A stretch of 64,000 bases of DNA from Eledone cirrhosa (taxonomy: Eukaryota), in the NCBI GenBank assembly GCA_964016885.1, contig OZ024746.1:60574001-60638000 (forward strand). Direction: 5' to 3'. The translations under genes and the position numbers were made by a program. This document shows, in pieces, positions 46,901 to 61,537 of this stretch. Each line of letters starts with the position of its first letter. The first letter of the stretch is position 1. Under the pieces are notes generated by a model, which searched no databases, was not told where the DNA came from, and saw nothing but the letters and a program-made list of their open reading frames with translations.

Positions 46901-49900
46901 ATCTCTTTTCTGTGTTATCTTGCCTGTGATCTCATGACACTTCTTGTGCAATAGTTTACATTGAGTTCCACCATATGGAGTTTCTCCATACTTCTTTTCT
47001 GCATATCAAGTACAGTTATTTCTCCGATGACAGCAGAGTCCTAATATCTTCTTACTTACCAAATTTACTCTGAGCTTTTCTGATGTTAGGTTTAGTTTTC
47101 ACATCAGCTATATGTATTAAGTTATCAGCATATAGTAGTTCCCATGGACAACCAATCCTAACTATTTTATAACCATATTTCTAATGAAATTCATTGCAAA
47201 TATGTTTCAGTTTATTTTGAAAGTAGTCAAGAATTTTGAGGAATTTAGTGAAATAACTAACATTTTCTTCAGTAAGTCGATATTTGAAACAATAAAATAT
47301 ATTACATAAAATTATGATGGAAAGTTTTAATATATGTATGAACATTTTAGAAAGAGCACTTTTATATGATAGACAAATGCTCTTTTAGGTGGGTTGGTAT
47401 TAAAAGGGTTAAATTCCTCTGTAGTAGCCTACATTATTATATTGAACTGTAGAAGGCTGAGGAGTGAGCCCTGATGGACACAAACCTACATGCTGAACTA
47501 TTCCTCACTAAACTCAGTGCCCACTCTCACTTAACTGATAGCATCTTTGTACATGGCCTACACTGCTCTCAAGAGCCATTCATCTACACCTAGTTTTCTT
47601 AGAGACCACCAAATTACACACACATAATGTATGTATGTGTATTTATAGAGAGGAAGGGAGAGAGAATTCTTTTTCATTCTAACACTACATGTCTAAGTTA
47701 TCTGTCATTCATCATCCTTCTCATTCCAACTTTCCACTCCTCCCCCAATCTCCCCTTCCCCTTGTTACCCTCTCTCTTTCGACTTACTACCCCCTCTCCC
47801 CTTTTTAGCTCACTACCTCCCTCACTTTATTACTTACCCCCTCCTCTGTCCATGAATTGTTCATTCTTCATTCCTCCATCTCTGTTACCTCCCCTTCCCC
47901 ACCTCCTACTACAACACATCACTATATTCCACTCCTTCTCTTTCCACATAATCTCATCGTTCATATCCTTTCCTCTTTCTACTCTCACTCTGTATTCTTA
48001 CACCCTATCTCTCTCTACTCTTATACCCCCCTCTCTCTCTCTGCTTTCTGTAGTCCTATTGCCTCCTCTTTCTGTACTCTTATACCCCCCTCACTCTCTC
48101 TCTTTACTCTTATACTCCCTCTCTCTCTACTTTCTGTAGTTCTATCGCCTCCTCTCTCTCTACTTTCTGTAGTTCTATAGCCTCCCCTCTCTCTACTTTC
48201 TGTATTCTTATACCCCACCTCTTCTCCTCTTTCTAAATGTAACCCCTCCCCCACCAAACTTCTCTTCTTGCCTCTCTCTCATTCAGTCTACCTATCTACC
48301 TCTGCCTTAGATTCACTACTATCACCACCACCACCCCACTCGCTACTACCATCACCTTACACTATCTTATTTCTCCCCACCCCCAAATCCATCACTTGTT
48401 CACCCCCACTCCATCCACCCTCGGATGTTAGACAACACCACCACCACCACTCACTCTCTCCTCTTTCTCCCACCACCCTGTCTAACATTCCTCCCCTACT
48501 CCTATCCCCTCTGTCTAACATCCCACCACCACTACTACCCCATCCACCCTGTTTAAAATACCATCTTATCTCTCCATCTGTTCTTCTTCCATCCTCACTT
48601 TGGGACTTACCTTGTGAACTGGTACATATGCTCTTAGACATACACACATATATATACATAGATACACATACGCATACATACATATATACACTTGAAAACA
48701 TTCTTACACACATATAAACATTCTTATAGACACATATAGAAACATTTACACAGACACAAAAACATTCTTTCACACATATATCCAATCATTCTTACACACA
48801 AGCACTTATTCAAGCATTTTTATACACATACACACTCAAACATCGATATACAAACACTGACACACACAAGTATACAAACGTTCACACAGACACGTATATT
48901 AATATATGCACACACATCTATACATATGACATACTTATTTTATGGGCCACTAGAAGTCTGCATGTAATCATTCAATGTACTGGAAATAGCTATCAAATCT
49001 TCCTCAAATCCCCCTATCGTCATAGAGAGAAGACCCCCTTTCATTCACTGAGTCCCTCTCATCACCGAACTGTCTTAAAAATGAAAAACCACATTGGATT
49101 ATGTAGTCCTTGATAGACAGTATGATCATGGCTGAAATGCTCTTGATTATGTATAGGACTTCGATATAGCTTTATGAGTAACTATATCACAAACTATATT
49201 AATTTTTCTTCGTTTTTTTTTTATTATTTAGTAAACCTTTTTCGGGACTTCTGAGACTGGTAAGCAGGAAGGAAAAGGGATTCCTCAAATCAGAGCGTTG
49301 CTCTTAATTCTTGCTATAGAAGGTCCAGGTGATGCTAAACTGGGCAACAGGATAAGTCTATCATTAAAACCACCTAGTTATGAAGCAAACTTTCTAACCA
49401 TACACACTTTGACTTGTCAACATCCATATTCAAGATGCCAGGCATGTGATTTGAGAGAAACTTGGCTACTATTTCTAATAGGTCATCTAACCATATAGGG
49501 AGGTTCCCTCCCTATATGGTTAGATGATATTTGGTGGGTAGTGATATTGTTGGGAAGAAGTGTGTCCAAGATGATAATGGTACATTTGCTCTTGCTCTCA
49601 CTGGCAAGAAAATAGCATGGAAGTGCCATTATGAGAGACTGATGAATTTGAAAAATACATGAGAGGAAGATAGTCTGCTTCAAGTTGACCCAACAGCAGT
49701 AGCAGAATAAGTAAGAAAATTAAGGATATGAAGACAGGTAAAGCAGCGGGGCCATCGGGTATAGTTGCTGAGACGTTGAAAGCATCTGGGATGGTGGGTC
49801 ACACTTTAACCATGTGTATCGTATATCAAGTAATACAAAATGGTGTCATACCCAATAGCTGGTGTAGCAGTAACATCATCAACTGCTACAAGGACAAAGG

Positions 49901-50529
49901 AAATGCATTAGCAAACATCTAGAGAACACAAGTATGCACTAAATCTTCTCCTCACCACTTTCCCCCATCCATACACCTCCCACATCATAACCCCCACCAC
50001 CGCCAGCTAAGTACCCCACCTAAAACCTACCTCAAAAGCTCCCCTGCATACATGCACCACACCTTACCCCAACCCTTAATCCTTCCACATCTGTCCACCA
50101 ATGCATACAAACATGGAAAACTGCATACATTCTCCCATAATGGCTAAAAGCTCCGTCCACCTTGTAATTTGGTCATGCTCGTGATACAACAGAAGCCCCT
50201 AGTCTACCATATAAGGTGCTCATGCTGGTGATATGACAAAAGAGAACCCAGCCTACCCTGTAAAATGGATGTGCTAGTGACAATAAAGCACCATCCACCT
50301 TGTAAGATGGTTGTGTTGCTGACACAATAAATAAGCAGCCAGTCCACCCTGTAAGATAGTCATATAGGTGACACAACAAAAAGCGCCCAGTTCACTGTTA
50401 GTTGGTTGTATTGGTGACACAACAAAACGTACCCAGTCCACCCTTTAAGGTGGTTGCGTTGGTGCTATGTCAAAAAGCACCCAGTCCGAGCCGTAAAACC
50501 AAACTAGAAACAGTTCTGTATGAAGAAGA

Positions 50530-50880
50530 TTCATGGCCATAGATAATTTGAAGATAAGTTTGGTTTTTAAACCTACCTCCCTTCTTCTGATGACAGCACT
50601 TAATTCAGCCTCCTGCCTTCCATCACTCATGAACACGACCCCGAGATACTTGAACTTCTCTACTTGCTTCAGTGGAACTCCATTTATATGTAGAGTGCAC
50701 TGTGCAGGCTTCCTTGAAAGGACGCGTGTCTCAGTTTTCGCAGCACTGATTTCCATTCCAGCCATGCAGCACTCAGCATCAAACCTATCAAGTGCAAATC
50801 AGAGATCACCTTCTGTCGAGTTAAGTAACACCATGTCATCTGCAAATTCCAACCGACTGATTTTACACCTGCCAGTCATT
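50530..50880 (-). mobile_element. Rex3-like RTE RT fragment
   Basis: LEFADDMVLL..AGMEISAAKTETRVLSRK..LKQVEKFKYLGVVFMSDGRQ. Confidence 0.8.
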
Positions 50881-50982
50881 ATACCAATCCCAAAGGTATA
50901 TATATATATATATGTGATTCAGTAGATTTGTAATTTACTGAAGAAGGTACCAATATTAGTACTCTATGCTATAGCAGAGTGT

Positions 50983-51208
50983 ATATATTAAAAAAGACAA
51001 AACAATGTTTCACGTGAGGTTTTTATTGATTAGGCTTAGTTATGAATGGTTCACAATGGGTGGCTCAGGATCTGGTTTTGCTTGATTAGCAAGTCAGGTT
51101 TATAACACAAATTTGGATCCTGAGCCATCCATATCTGAAATGTCCCTAACAGCCAAATCAATAAAAACCTCTTGTGAATCCTTGTTTTGTTCTTCTTAAT
51201 GTATATAT
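50983..51208. repeat. Old imperfect palindrome (MITE-like)
   Basis: GAGGTTTTTATTGATT / AATCAATAAAAACCTC and TGGCTCAGGATC / GATCCTGAGCCA pair symmetrically. Confidence 0.7.
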
Positions 51209-53639
51209 ACATTGATGTGTTATGTATTTCCGTAGAAAAGGTAAAGGGAAGAAGAGTGCTCTAGGTATAGTAAAGAGCTATTTAATTATATAATAAACAA
51301 CACAATATAATTATTCCATTGCCCAAGGTTTCACGAAATTAGACGATTCTAACAGAAACGTCTAATTTTGTAATTGAATAATTATATTGTGTTGTTTATT
51401 ATATAATTATATATACATAGATAAAGTTTGCTTCGCCATCATTTATGTCCCGAGTTCAACCCCATTGAGTGTCATTTACTTTAGCCTCGGGTCAACCCAT
51501 GGCATCTTGGACAAGTGTCGTTTACCATATTCTCAAGACGACCTATGCTTTGTGAGTTTCACATATTCTCTCGCTGAAAAATACGCTAAGAGAAGACGTG
51601 CGTATGGAATGCTCAGCTACTTACACGTTCATTTCATGAGTTGGCTGATCTATTGCTCATCGAACTGGAACATTAACTGTCAAACCGATGGAAGTCCATT
51701 TAATTTACTTTCGATTTGTGGCTGCTTTTACGTCGTTTTTTATTGTTTTTTTAATATGTGAGTCCATGTGTGTTTACTTTTGCGTTTGTGTCCAGTAACT
51801 TCGATAAAATAAGTACCAAATTCGAAAATTAAGTAAGTACTGCGGTAGTAGATATGATTGACTAAATCTCGTTACGGTCGTGCCCCAGCATGATCAGTCT
51901 AATGACTGAAACCATTAAAAGAATATAAGAATGTGTGTGCGTGAATTGTATGACTGTCATAGTTAGGTCTATTGCTGTAGAATAAAGCAAATGGTATTTT
52001 TAGCATTTCTTCTGGGGAAAATACTATATGGTATATTTTATTAATATAGTTTTCATGGCATTCCAGTGTTTTGATGTTATTGTTTGAGTAATTCTAAATA
52101 CGTTATTGTTGTTGTAATCCAATTAAGGCGGGAAATTCTCAACTAAGAAAACGCACCAACTTATACACAAATAACTACACACGCATACCTATAACTATAT
52201 ATATATATATACACGCACGCAAATAACAATTTATAAGCATACATTCTATATAACTGTAATATTAAAATAAATTTCATTATTTATCGTATAAATAACTATA
52301 TGTATACACTCGCACATATTCCCGAATAATTAAGAAATATTCACTATATTTATTTATATAACAATCATATACACACGTATTTATATCGTCATAAATTGAA
52401 CAAATATAAATACCTCTTAAAATTTAATAAGTAATTAAATGTCAGATTATTATTAGTGGTTTTTAATTACTGAAGAATTTATATCAAAACAACTGAAAAC
52501 CAGTCTATATATATCTACACATAAACAAAAAAAGAAGCCTTAGATCTGCGATAAATAACAGCTAATCTACTTTAAATCGCGCAGTGTATTTGTTGTACCT
52601 CCGTCGGTTCCGACGAGTATTCCAGTTGTTCAAACGACAGAACAGCCTGCTCGTGGAATTAACGTGCCAGTGGTTGAACATTCCAGAGACAGGTGCACCT
52701 TTAACGTAATTCTCAGAAAGTTTCAACTTGACAGAGTGTCTGAAAAGGCTGGTTCTTTAACTTACAGATATAACCCATTTTTGCCAGCTGAGGGTTTTAA
52801 AAAGGAAGGATGCAGTAGATAAGGTAGTATTAAGAATAATTAGGAAGTTGAGAAGCTGGGAAATGCGGATTAAAATATTGTCAAACACCACTGGCGGTTT
52901 TGACCAAAATAAATGATGCCACATAAACTCATTCATATTTACTTATAACTCTTATATCCTTCCATAGTAACGATTCATGATCATCAATTTTGGCCGGTTG
53001 TGCTACATTATCACATTGTCTGAATAAAAGACGGGTTACAGCAGAATCATTAGAGACTCAGAGACAAAATTATTGCAGTATTTAGTTACAGTACTTTACG
53101 TTCACACTTCAAATCTTACCAAGTTCAAATCTCATCTCTTTTCATCCTTATGGGATCGACACAGCATGTGGCATAATTACAGTTTAATTTTTCACCAACT
53201 CCTCTAACAAACTTGTTTCCCCATAACTTTCTTAAATTATATATTTTAAAAAATAAAATTTTGCAGAAAGATGTTGATTATGATAATGGATTTTGTAGAA
53301 ATGATATTACTTTCCAGTATAACATCTGACATTATCGTGATTGATATTAATTATCAACATGAAATTGGAAACCATTTCCGAGGTTATGCTTAACCTATTA
53401 CAAAACAGAAAGAGTTCAACAAATGAATGCATTAACGAACGGAACTATACAACAATGAAAGTATTTAAAAAAGGTTAATTTTTTAAAAAGAATTATCAGC
53501 ATAATCGTAATCTATACTGAGGTAATATATCTCTGTAAAACATCATTAAAAAATATGCATAATTAAGAAAGTTATGAGGAAACAAAGTCCAGGGGAGGAG
53601 AGAGATACTAAAACCAAACCAGCTATAATAAATAAATGA

Positions 53640-54050
53640 AGAGGAGACCTTTCTATTACAGCCGAGCGGAGTAAGACCCTGAAATACTGTGATCTGTCGA
53701 CCAGCTACATTTTTCAGCCTGTGACTTTCGAGACGTTTGGAGGAGTCGGGTCGCTGACAGCGATGTTCCTCTCTTCACTGGCGGCTCGCCTAATAATGAA
53801 GAGAGGAACATCGCACTCAGCGGCCCGACTCCCCCAAACGTCTCGAAAGCCACAGGCTGAAAAATGTAGCGAATCTCGCGAGGGCGCTTGATTGTTCCTG
53901 CGCATTAGCCTCGCCATCATCATAGATAACGCTGCGAGCGTGCTGGCTTGCTTCAAAAATCATTAGAGAGGTTGCCCGGTACTTCTCGTGACGCTGCTGT
54001 CTTTTGCTTTGGTGTTGGCTCGGTTGTTCACCTCTTCCTTTACATTTTCT
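53640..54050 (+). mobile_element. CRE-clade (restriction-like endonuclease) LINE 3' end with an internal inverted duplication
   Basis: AERSKTLKYCDLSTSYIFQPVTFETFGGVGSLTAMFLSSLAARLI...REGA*LFLRISLAIIIDNAASVLACF resembles the CRE C-terminus (KY..F.PVA.ET.G...QR.S.A...NAASVL). Confidence 0.75.
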
Positions 54051-57000
54051 TTAATATTGCAACATTAAAAGAATATATCCTTCTGAAAGAATCGCGAGCA
54101 ATTTATGTTATCTAAGCATTTGTAATGTTATTTATATATATATTTATGTTATTCTACTGTAAATTTATTTATATGCTTTGTATAATAAAAGACTTTTGGT
54201 GATGTAAGTAATAAGATCAATGATTCGATCCCTGGTAGAAAACATTTCAATTACACAGCTAATATCATTCGGAGAGGCATGAATATCACAACACACCCAT
54301 TTCTCCCAACAGGGATATTGCAATACTATTAATAAAAATAAAGCGAAAGAATAATAAGGAAGAAAAAAGTGGAGGAAGGGGATAAACAATAAGAGGATAT
54401 TAATGGGTATTTCCGGTCACTCAGATATATCGTTATATTTTTCTGCGTATGTTGTTATTTTTACTCCTAGGTCAGCCTTGATAGAACAGTCACATCAATC
54501 TATAATCAAAAACGTTACATACGTGACCATCTAATCTTTTATTGAAACATTATCTAGGATTAAACATCACATTTGATACCAACCCACCTGAAACCGCCCA
54601 TCACAATTCTATGTAAGAATGTTTGTTAAGTTATGCTCCCAAAACCAACTTATAAAGAATTAACTAAATTCCTCAATTATTTTCAAAATTATTTAGCAGT
54701 GTAGGGTGTGGTTTATGGGAAATTTGATTACGATTTCTAGTAGATCAAATGACCACATAGCGGCTCTCATTTCCTCTAGCTTGCTGTGTGTTGACAATAG
54801 GTTGGTAGAGAGGGATTAAATATTTAAATAAATGCTTTAGGTATTTAGTATCTTAACGTCTCGAGTTCAACTCCTACCCGACCCGTATCGACTCAATGTG
54901 TAATCCTCCCTGGCACGCTAAAATTAAATACCGATTATTTCGGCACTGTTGGTTCCAGCAGACCCGTGTCTTAATATCCGTTTTACCGAACAATAAATTA
55001 ATTCACTAGAAACATAATTTGAAGTCAGAAACACTCTCCTTACGCCTCAACTGTAGTATGAAGATAGAAATGTTTAAAATTAAATCTAAAACCACGCGGT
55101 AACCTAACGTGAATTAACTAGTCAGGTGGACCGTGGGAAATTCAAATGCACAAGCATAATTATATCGGGATAAAAAGAGGTGTTGGACCATTAGTTGCCG
55201 GAAAATTGGTCTTGTACCTGTATTAGTAATTTTGATTTCTGTTTGATCGCCTCCACAGCATCCCCTCACATGTTTGTGATTTTGGGCCTACTCTCGAGTC
55301 TCCCCCGCCTCCCGCTTATTAATACCCCCCCCACACACACACACACGGCTTATTGAATTTTGCTAATCTATCTGCGGCGAAATTTTATTTTAAGCGACAG
55401 CAGACTTTGACAATTAATTTTGTTAATACATTAAAAAACATTATACATGACAAAAAAAGTACATAAGAAATCCTATACATTATAAAATAAAAATCAACGG
55501 AGACAACATAGAAAAATTACTTATCATTCACCCTCCCCCTCCCTATTTGGGACCCAAAAGTACGTAATAAATCCTTTTTATATGAATGAAGGGCGGTGGA
55601 TAGCAAAATCTGTAGAGCGGCAGACAGAATGCATTTCAGTGTTTAGTTGTGTTCTGAGTTCAAATCCAACTGAGGGTAACTTTAGCAGTCAAATACTGGG
55701 GTTGATTTAATTGATTTATCTTTCATTATGATGCATCTTTGTACCTCCGTTTGAAATCATTATGTGAATAAGGGTCGTGGATTGACAGAATCGTTAGAGT
55801 GTCGGTGTTTTTCCCCGGTCCTTTGTATTCTGAGTTCGAATCTCGTTGGTGTCAACTTTGCCTTTCATCCTTCCAGCGTCAATAAAATGAAATAACAGTG
55901 AAGCACTGTGGTGGATATAATTGACTGTCCCCTTACCCACTAAATTACTGGCCTTGTGCTTCAATTAGAAACTATTGTTATGTGAATGAAACAGAAATAA
56001 ATAAAAAAAAGAAAGGAAAACGTCCCAGAAAAATAAATAACAGGGGTGAGTTCTAGCTTGTATGGGACCCTTGGTTCAAAATTTCATCGGGGTCTTCGGT
56101 ATTATTTATGGTAGCCAGAAATAAAGTGGGTGGGGTGGACTTTAAACATTGTGGGGATGCGGCCCATCCAGTCCCTTCCTGTCAGCGGACCACAGTGTGT
56201 ATGTGTGATAGTCAAGCCAGGCAGTTAGCTTCAGCCCTTCATTCTAGCGGGTACGTAGAATAAAAGAGGTGGAAGGGGTCTCAAGAGGGGATTAAAACCC
56301 ATGCAGCAGACTCTGCTTACTCGGGAAAGTTTACTACAACCTTATACCACTTTACAGGAAATGTGTGAACACCAGACCTTCGAATGTAGATAGAAGATAG
56401 GACACTGACGGATTTTAAGCATCAATAAAGCCTTCACCACCATAACCTCAATAACTTCCCTCAAAAAACAGCAGCAGTAGAAGCATGGACTCACATAGCA
56501 TTGACTGGGTGCTTATATAGTCTGTATTCTGCCCTGTATGTATAGAATAATAGATTAGTGGTGACACACGATATGGAGATGGGGATGGTAGATGTGTGTG
56601 TGACTCATCGACCTTTTTACCAAACACGACAGACGACGAATGAAGGTTGTTTTTTTTTGTTGTTGTAATGGGTGTGACAGCCGGCACACAAGCACACTCA
56701 AACATACACATATACATACACAATGACATTAAATGTTGCTTAGTTAATAACAGATAAAGTAGAACGTTCTACTTTGCATATAATTTAATCACTCTTTACA
56801 CACACACACACGCTCTCTCTCTCACACACACACACACACTCTATCTCCCTCATTCCGTGTTCAAATCCTGCCTTTATCATTCTCCTCTGCTCTTTAATTT
56901 CATCATCATCATCGTTTAACACCACTTTCCACTCTTGCATGGGTTAGACAGGCTGTCACGTTGTGACACAAGTCACATCAGGTAACCACATCTTACTCAT

Positions 57001-57704
57001 ATGAATTTTTTTTTTTTTTTGCTTAGTTTCTGCTGCTAGATACCCTCCCTAATGCCAACTGCTAAGTTCTGAGTTCAATCCCTGTGTCAGTGGGGCCCTT
57101 CAAAGACTTGGGAACAACCCCATTCTTAAAACCAGATTGTTGTTGTGACAATATGTTGGTATGTTATGAAAGGAAGTAGGGATAAAGGTTTTCCATAGGG
57201 TCCATAGTCTGAAGGCATGTTTCTTTTCTAACAAGTGGTCATTTCACAAGCTTTTATTTCACAGTACATAACCATCAGGGTCACATTGTATCCTTGAACA
57301 AAGCATCTCATTTTTCATTGCTCCAGTACACTCAACTGAAAATGAGTAGCAGTAGTACCTGGGGTTAGCACTCCAATAGACTTACATCCTGTCCAGGTAA
57401 GCAGTTTTGTACTCTTAGTTGCTTAATGCCCATCAAACTGGAATAATCTCTGGGCTTTGTTCAACCAATGCATGCATAAAACAAAACAAACATAACACAA
57501 TAAGTCATAACTCATTTTTATTCATGAATGTCCTTTTACAATAAATCCGTGGCACACAGCCTGTGTTTGATATGGGGGTGGGGGTGGGGTGGGGTGATTG
57601 AATCAAATCTCAGTATAGTACTGGTTCTAATTTTATTAATCCTGACAGGCTTTGAAATGCAGAAACAAATCAGATTAGATTAAAGTGTCTCAAAAGGAAA
57701 GGAT

Positions 57705-58140
57705 ACATTTGTCAGATGAAACCCAGAAAAATATATTTCTAATGGTCTTTCCCTTACTGATATTATCTGTCAGTCACAACTCCTGCCAGAAGAAAGGAAA
57801 CATTTGTCAGAAATGGTCTTTCCCTTACTGATATTATCTGCCAGTCATAACTCGAACCAGAAGAAAGGAACCAATTGTCAGATGAAACCGAGAAAACTGT
57901 TTCCATTGGTCTTTCCATTGCTGATACTATCTGTCAGTCATAACTCCTGGCAGAAGAAACGATACATTTGTCAGATGAAACCCAGAAAACTATATTTCTT
58001 TTGGTCTTTCTCTTGGTATACTATCTGTCAATCAAAACTCCTGGCAGAAGAAAGGAACCAATTGTCAGGTGAAGCCCAGAAAACGATATTTCCATTGGTT
58101 TTTCCCTTGCTATCTGTTGGTAACAACTCTCCTAATAGAA
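57705..58140. repeat. About 95-bp tandem repeat (about 5 units)
   Basis: ATTTGTCAGATGAAACCCAGAAAA..TGGTCTTTCC..CTGTCAGTCA..CAGAAGAAAGG. An inverted relative is at 62855-63205. Confidence 0.85.
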
Positions 58141-58519
58141 GGAAGTAGGATTTGAACTCAGAACACAAAGGGCCAAAAGAGATTCTACAAGGCATCCTGC
58201 TCACCATTTTCACAATTTAACCAATTCATTGCCCCTGAACTAGTAACTTATTTATTAAACTTGAAAGGATGAAAAGTAAATTTGACCTTGGCTACAACGG
58301 TAACTTGGAGAGGGGATCTTTGTATACATGGCCAACTGTTGGTCTTCCACAAAACACCTTACCCTGATTGGCACTTTGGAGAGGAATTTTCCAAGTGCAA
58401 CCCCCTGGTCAGGCTTGACTGAAAAGGGCCTCCTCCTTCAGCGAGAATCAGAGTTTGAACATCTATGATAATTGGTCTGCTGAATAATGGTAGATCTGAG
58501 GTTAAACAACAACTAAGTT

Positions 58520-58970
58520 GCCATAGTAACATTGGGAACAGCACAAAAATGACATCACTGTTGAACAACACCCAAATGACATCGCTGTTGTCATAACAAT
58601 ACTAGAAATAACACCAAAATGACATCACTGTTATTATAGCAACACTGGGAATAACACACAAATGACATCACTGTTGTCATAACAACACTGAGAACAACAC
58701 CCAAATGACATCACTGTTGTTATAGCAACACTGGGAACAATACCCAAATGACATCACTGTTATTGTAAGACTGGGAATAACACACAAATGACATCACTGT
58801 TGTCATAGCAACACTGGGAATAACACAAAAATGACATCACTGTTGTTATAGCAACACTGGGAACAATACCCAAATGACATCACTGTTATTGTAAGACTGG
58901 GAATAACACACAAATGACATCACTGTTGTCATACTAACACTAGGAACGAGACAAAAATGACATAACTGTA
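58520..58970. repeat. 43/40-bp minisatellite, about 11 units
   Basis: AAATGACATCACTGTT recurs with spacings of about 43, 43, 43, 40, 43, 43, 40. Confidence 0.93.
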
Positions 58971-59114
58971 TTTGATCCAGCTCTCTGGGGTCAATAAATA
59001 AAATACCATTCCAGGGGCAGTGGACTGACAGAATTGTTAATAGATCAACAGGACACTTTGCAGTTTGAGTTCAAATTCTGCCACGATTGGCTTTGCTTTT
59101 CATCTTTTCGAGGT

Positions 59115-59492
59115 CTTCTTCTTCTTCGCCCTCTTATACCTGAGAGGGTCGTGAAGGCACGATCCTCAAACACTCCTTCCAGTGAGTCCTGTCAGACGCA
59201 ACAGTCTCCAACTAATCTGGCTAGATCCCCAAACGTGACCATCCAAGCTCATGGGTGTTATCCAACCATTTTGCTCAGGGTCGACCCATGGGTCTCATGC
59301 CATTTGGTTTTGCCCGTAAAATCTGCCCAGCAATCCTTTCCTGAGACATTCTAACCACATGTCCGTAGTATCAGAGCTGTGAACTCTCAATTCCGAGAAG
59401 TAGTCCTGGAGTGATTCTCTGATTCCGAGCTACGCACTTTATTGAGTAACGTTACTCCAAAGACCTTTAGGAGGAAATCCCATTTTCGCCAC
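59115..59492 (-). mobile_element. Rex3-like RTE 3' end inserted into a SINE
   Basis: Homologous to 43938-44310. The SINE halves are at about 59015-59113 and 59495-59520. Confidence 0.75.
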
Positions 59493-59541
59493 TTGAAGTC
59501 AATAAGTAAAATACCAGTCATGGAGGTGATGGTGGTGGGAA

Positions 59542-59576
<35 letters not shown>

Positions 59577-59579
59577 ATG

Positions 59580-59620
<41 letters not shown>

Positions 59621-59719
59621 TTATACATCTATGTATGTGAAAATGTATGTATGGATTCACATATACCTACCTATTTTATATATGTGAGTGTGTATCTGTA
59701 TATGTATATGTACATGTAC

Positions 59720-59750
<31 letters not shown>

Positions 59751-59959
59751 CATAGTACTAAGAATCTGAGTGAGGCATTGCTACAGCTTCTATTGCTGCT
59801 GTTAAGTAGTGGTAGTAGTAGTAGTAGTATCAGCAGCAGCAGTGTTATATTTGACCAATACTGTTATTACTACAACTGCTGCCACCAACCAAACTACTGC
59901 AGATACACGTGGTCTTTTGGTGCACTCTGTAGTTTACGGTACTGCAGTAAAGTTGTTGT

Positions 59960-60240
59960 TAAACAACAACAACACCAATGACACACTGTCAACAACAACA
60001 ACAACACACACACTGCCAACAACACCAATGACACACACACTGCCAACAACAACAGTAGTAACAACAACAACAACACACACACTGCCAACAACACACACAC
60101 TACCAACAACACCAATGACACACACTACCAACAACACCAATGACACACACTGCCAACAACAACAGCATCGACACACTGCCAACAACAACAACAATAACAA
60201 CATCGACACATTACCAACAATAACAACAACAACAGCAATG
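59960..60240. repeat. (AAC)n/(CA)n compound repeat
   Basis: ACACACTGCCAACAAC units. (GTA)n lies at 59542-59620. Confidence 0.9.
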
Positions 60241-60350
60241 GCTGTTTATGTTCTGAGTTGTATGGTAAACTGAACCCATTGCTCAGTTTAACATCACTAC
60301 CTGATCCTGAAGAGTCTGTTGCAAGTATTTGAACCAACTCCCCAGTTTAA

Positions 60351-60584
60351 CCCATTAGCATTTAAACCGGCCATATCCGGCCAAAATTCTCTCACCTCTT
60401 TATGTTCAAACCGGCTGTAACTGGCCACTCATACTAAAGTTAATGTATTGTTCTCAAAATAAATAATATTAAAATCTCATAGATTCGATATTATGTGAGA
60501 TAATTATGTGAGATAATTATGTGAAATGAAGTCTTTACTGTGAAAATAAAATAGTAAATATAGAGTAATGTCAATGTGAAAGGG
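60351..60584. mobile_element. piggyBac-like MITE
   Basis: TTAA|CCCATTAGCATTTAAA...AAAGGG|TTAA. Confidence 0.85.
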
Positions 60585-61130
60585 TTAAGGAACCCTTCTT
60601 TTCTTCTTCCTGTCAGTCATGAATGATATGAAATGAAGCCCTATTGGTATTGCTCTCCTTCCTTCACCAAGTAAAGAAAAACCCTATATGTATGTGGTAC
60701 ATATTTTAATGGAATTCATATGCGCATCATCATTTTTACAGTTGGCATGGGTTGGACGGGTTTTCTAATTCCATGCAAGAAGTATTGTTATGCACTAAAA
60801 TACCAATTTAACTCTTTTGATAACAAGCATCCTAAAACTACACCTGGATCTATGATACCAGACTGTCTATATGAAAGTATTCCTCATCATCACCATCATC
60901 GCTACCACCACCATCAAATGGTTGAATATCTTTCCTAATGCCAACCACCTTACAGAGTGTACTGGGTACTTCCAACATAATTTTATATAAGAACTTTTGT
61001 TAAGTTATGTTCCAAACCATGACTAAATAAGGAGAAATTTTGTTATCTTACTAAATTCTTTGAAATTCTTGATTATTTTCAAAATTATTTGAAAAGCATA
61101 GGTAGTATTATTCATCAGAAATATGGTTAA

Positions 61131-61537
61131 CCCTTTTGTATTTAAACCGGCCATATCCAACCAGAATTCTCTCAACTCTTTCTGTTCAAACCGGCCCCAA
61201 CTGACCCCTCACACTGACACTAAGGTATTGTTCTCAAAATAAATAATTGTTTCTACTTTTGGCACAAGGCCAGAAATTACCCAGTACATAACTGGTACTT
61301 TATTTTATCAACCCCATAAGGATGAAAGGCAAAGTTAACCTCAGCGGGATTTGAACTCAGATCGTAAAGGAACGTAACTACGCTGGAAAGCGTGTCTGAC
61401 CCTCTACCAATACTGCCAATTCACCGCCGTTCTCAAAATAAATAATATCAAAATCTCATAGTTTCAATATTATGTGAGATAAAGCCTTTGTAGTGAAAAT
61501 ACAATAGTAAATATAGAATAATGGAAATGCTAAAGGG
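61131..61537. mobile_element. piggyBac-like MITE containing a SINE (61248-61428, -) with an 18-bp TSD
   Basis: TTAA|CCC...GGG|TTAA. TSD GTTCTCAAAATAAATAAT at 61230-61247 and 61429-61446. Confidence 0.88.

Noticed and set aside
56220-56300. Twister-like ribozyme (ATAAAAGAGGTGGAAGGG)
   Set aside because: I could not build the pseudoknots or find the conserved core; probably a SINE remnant.
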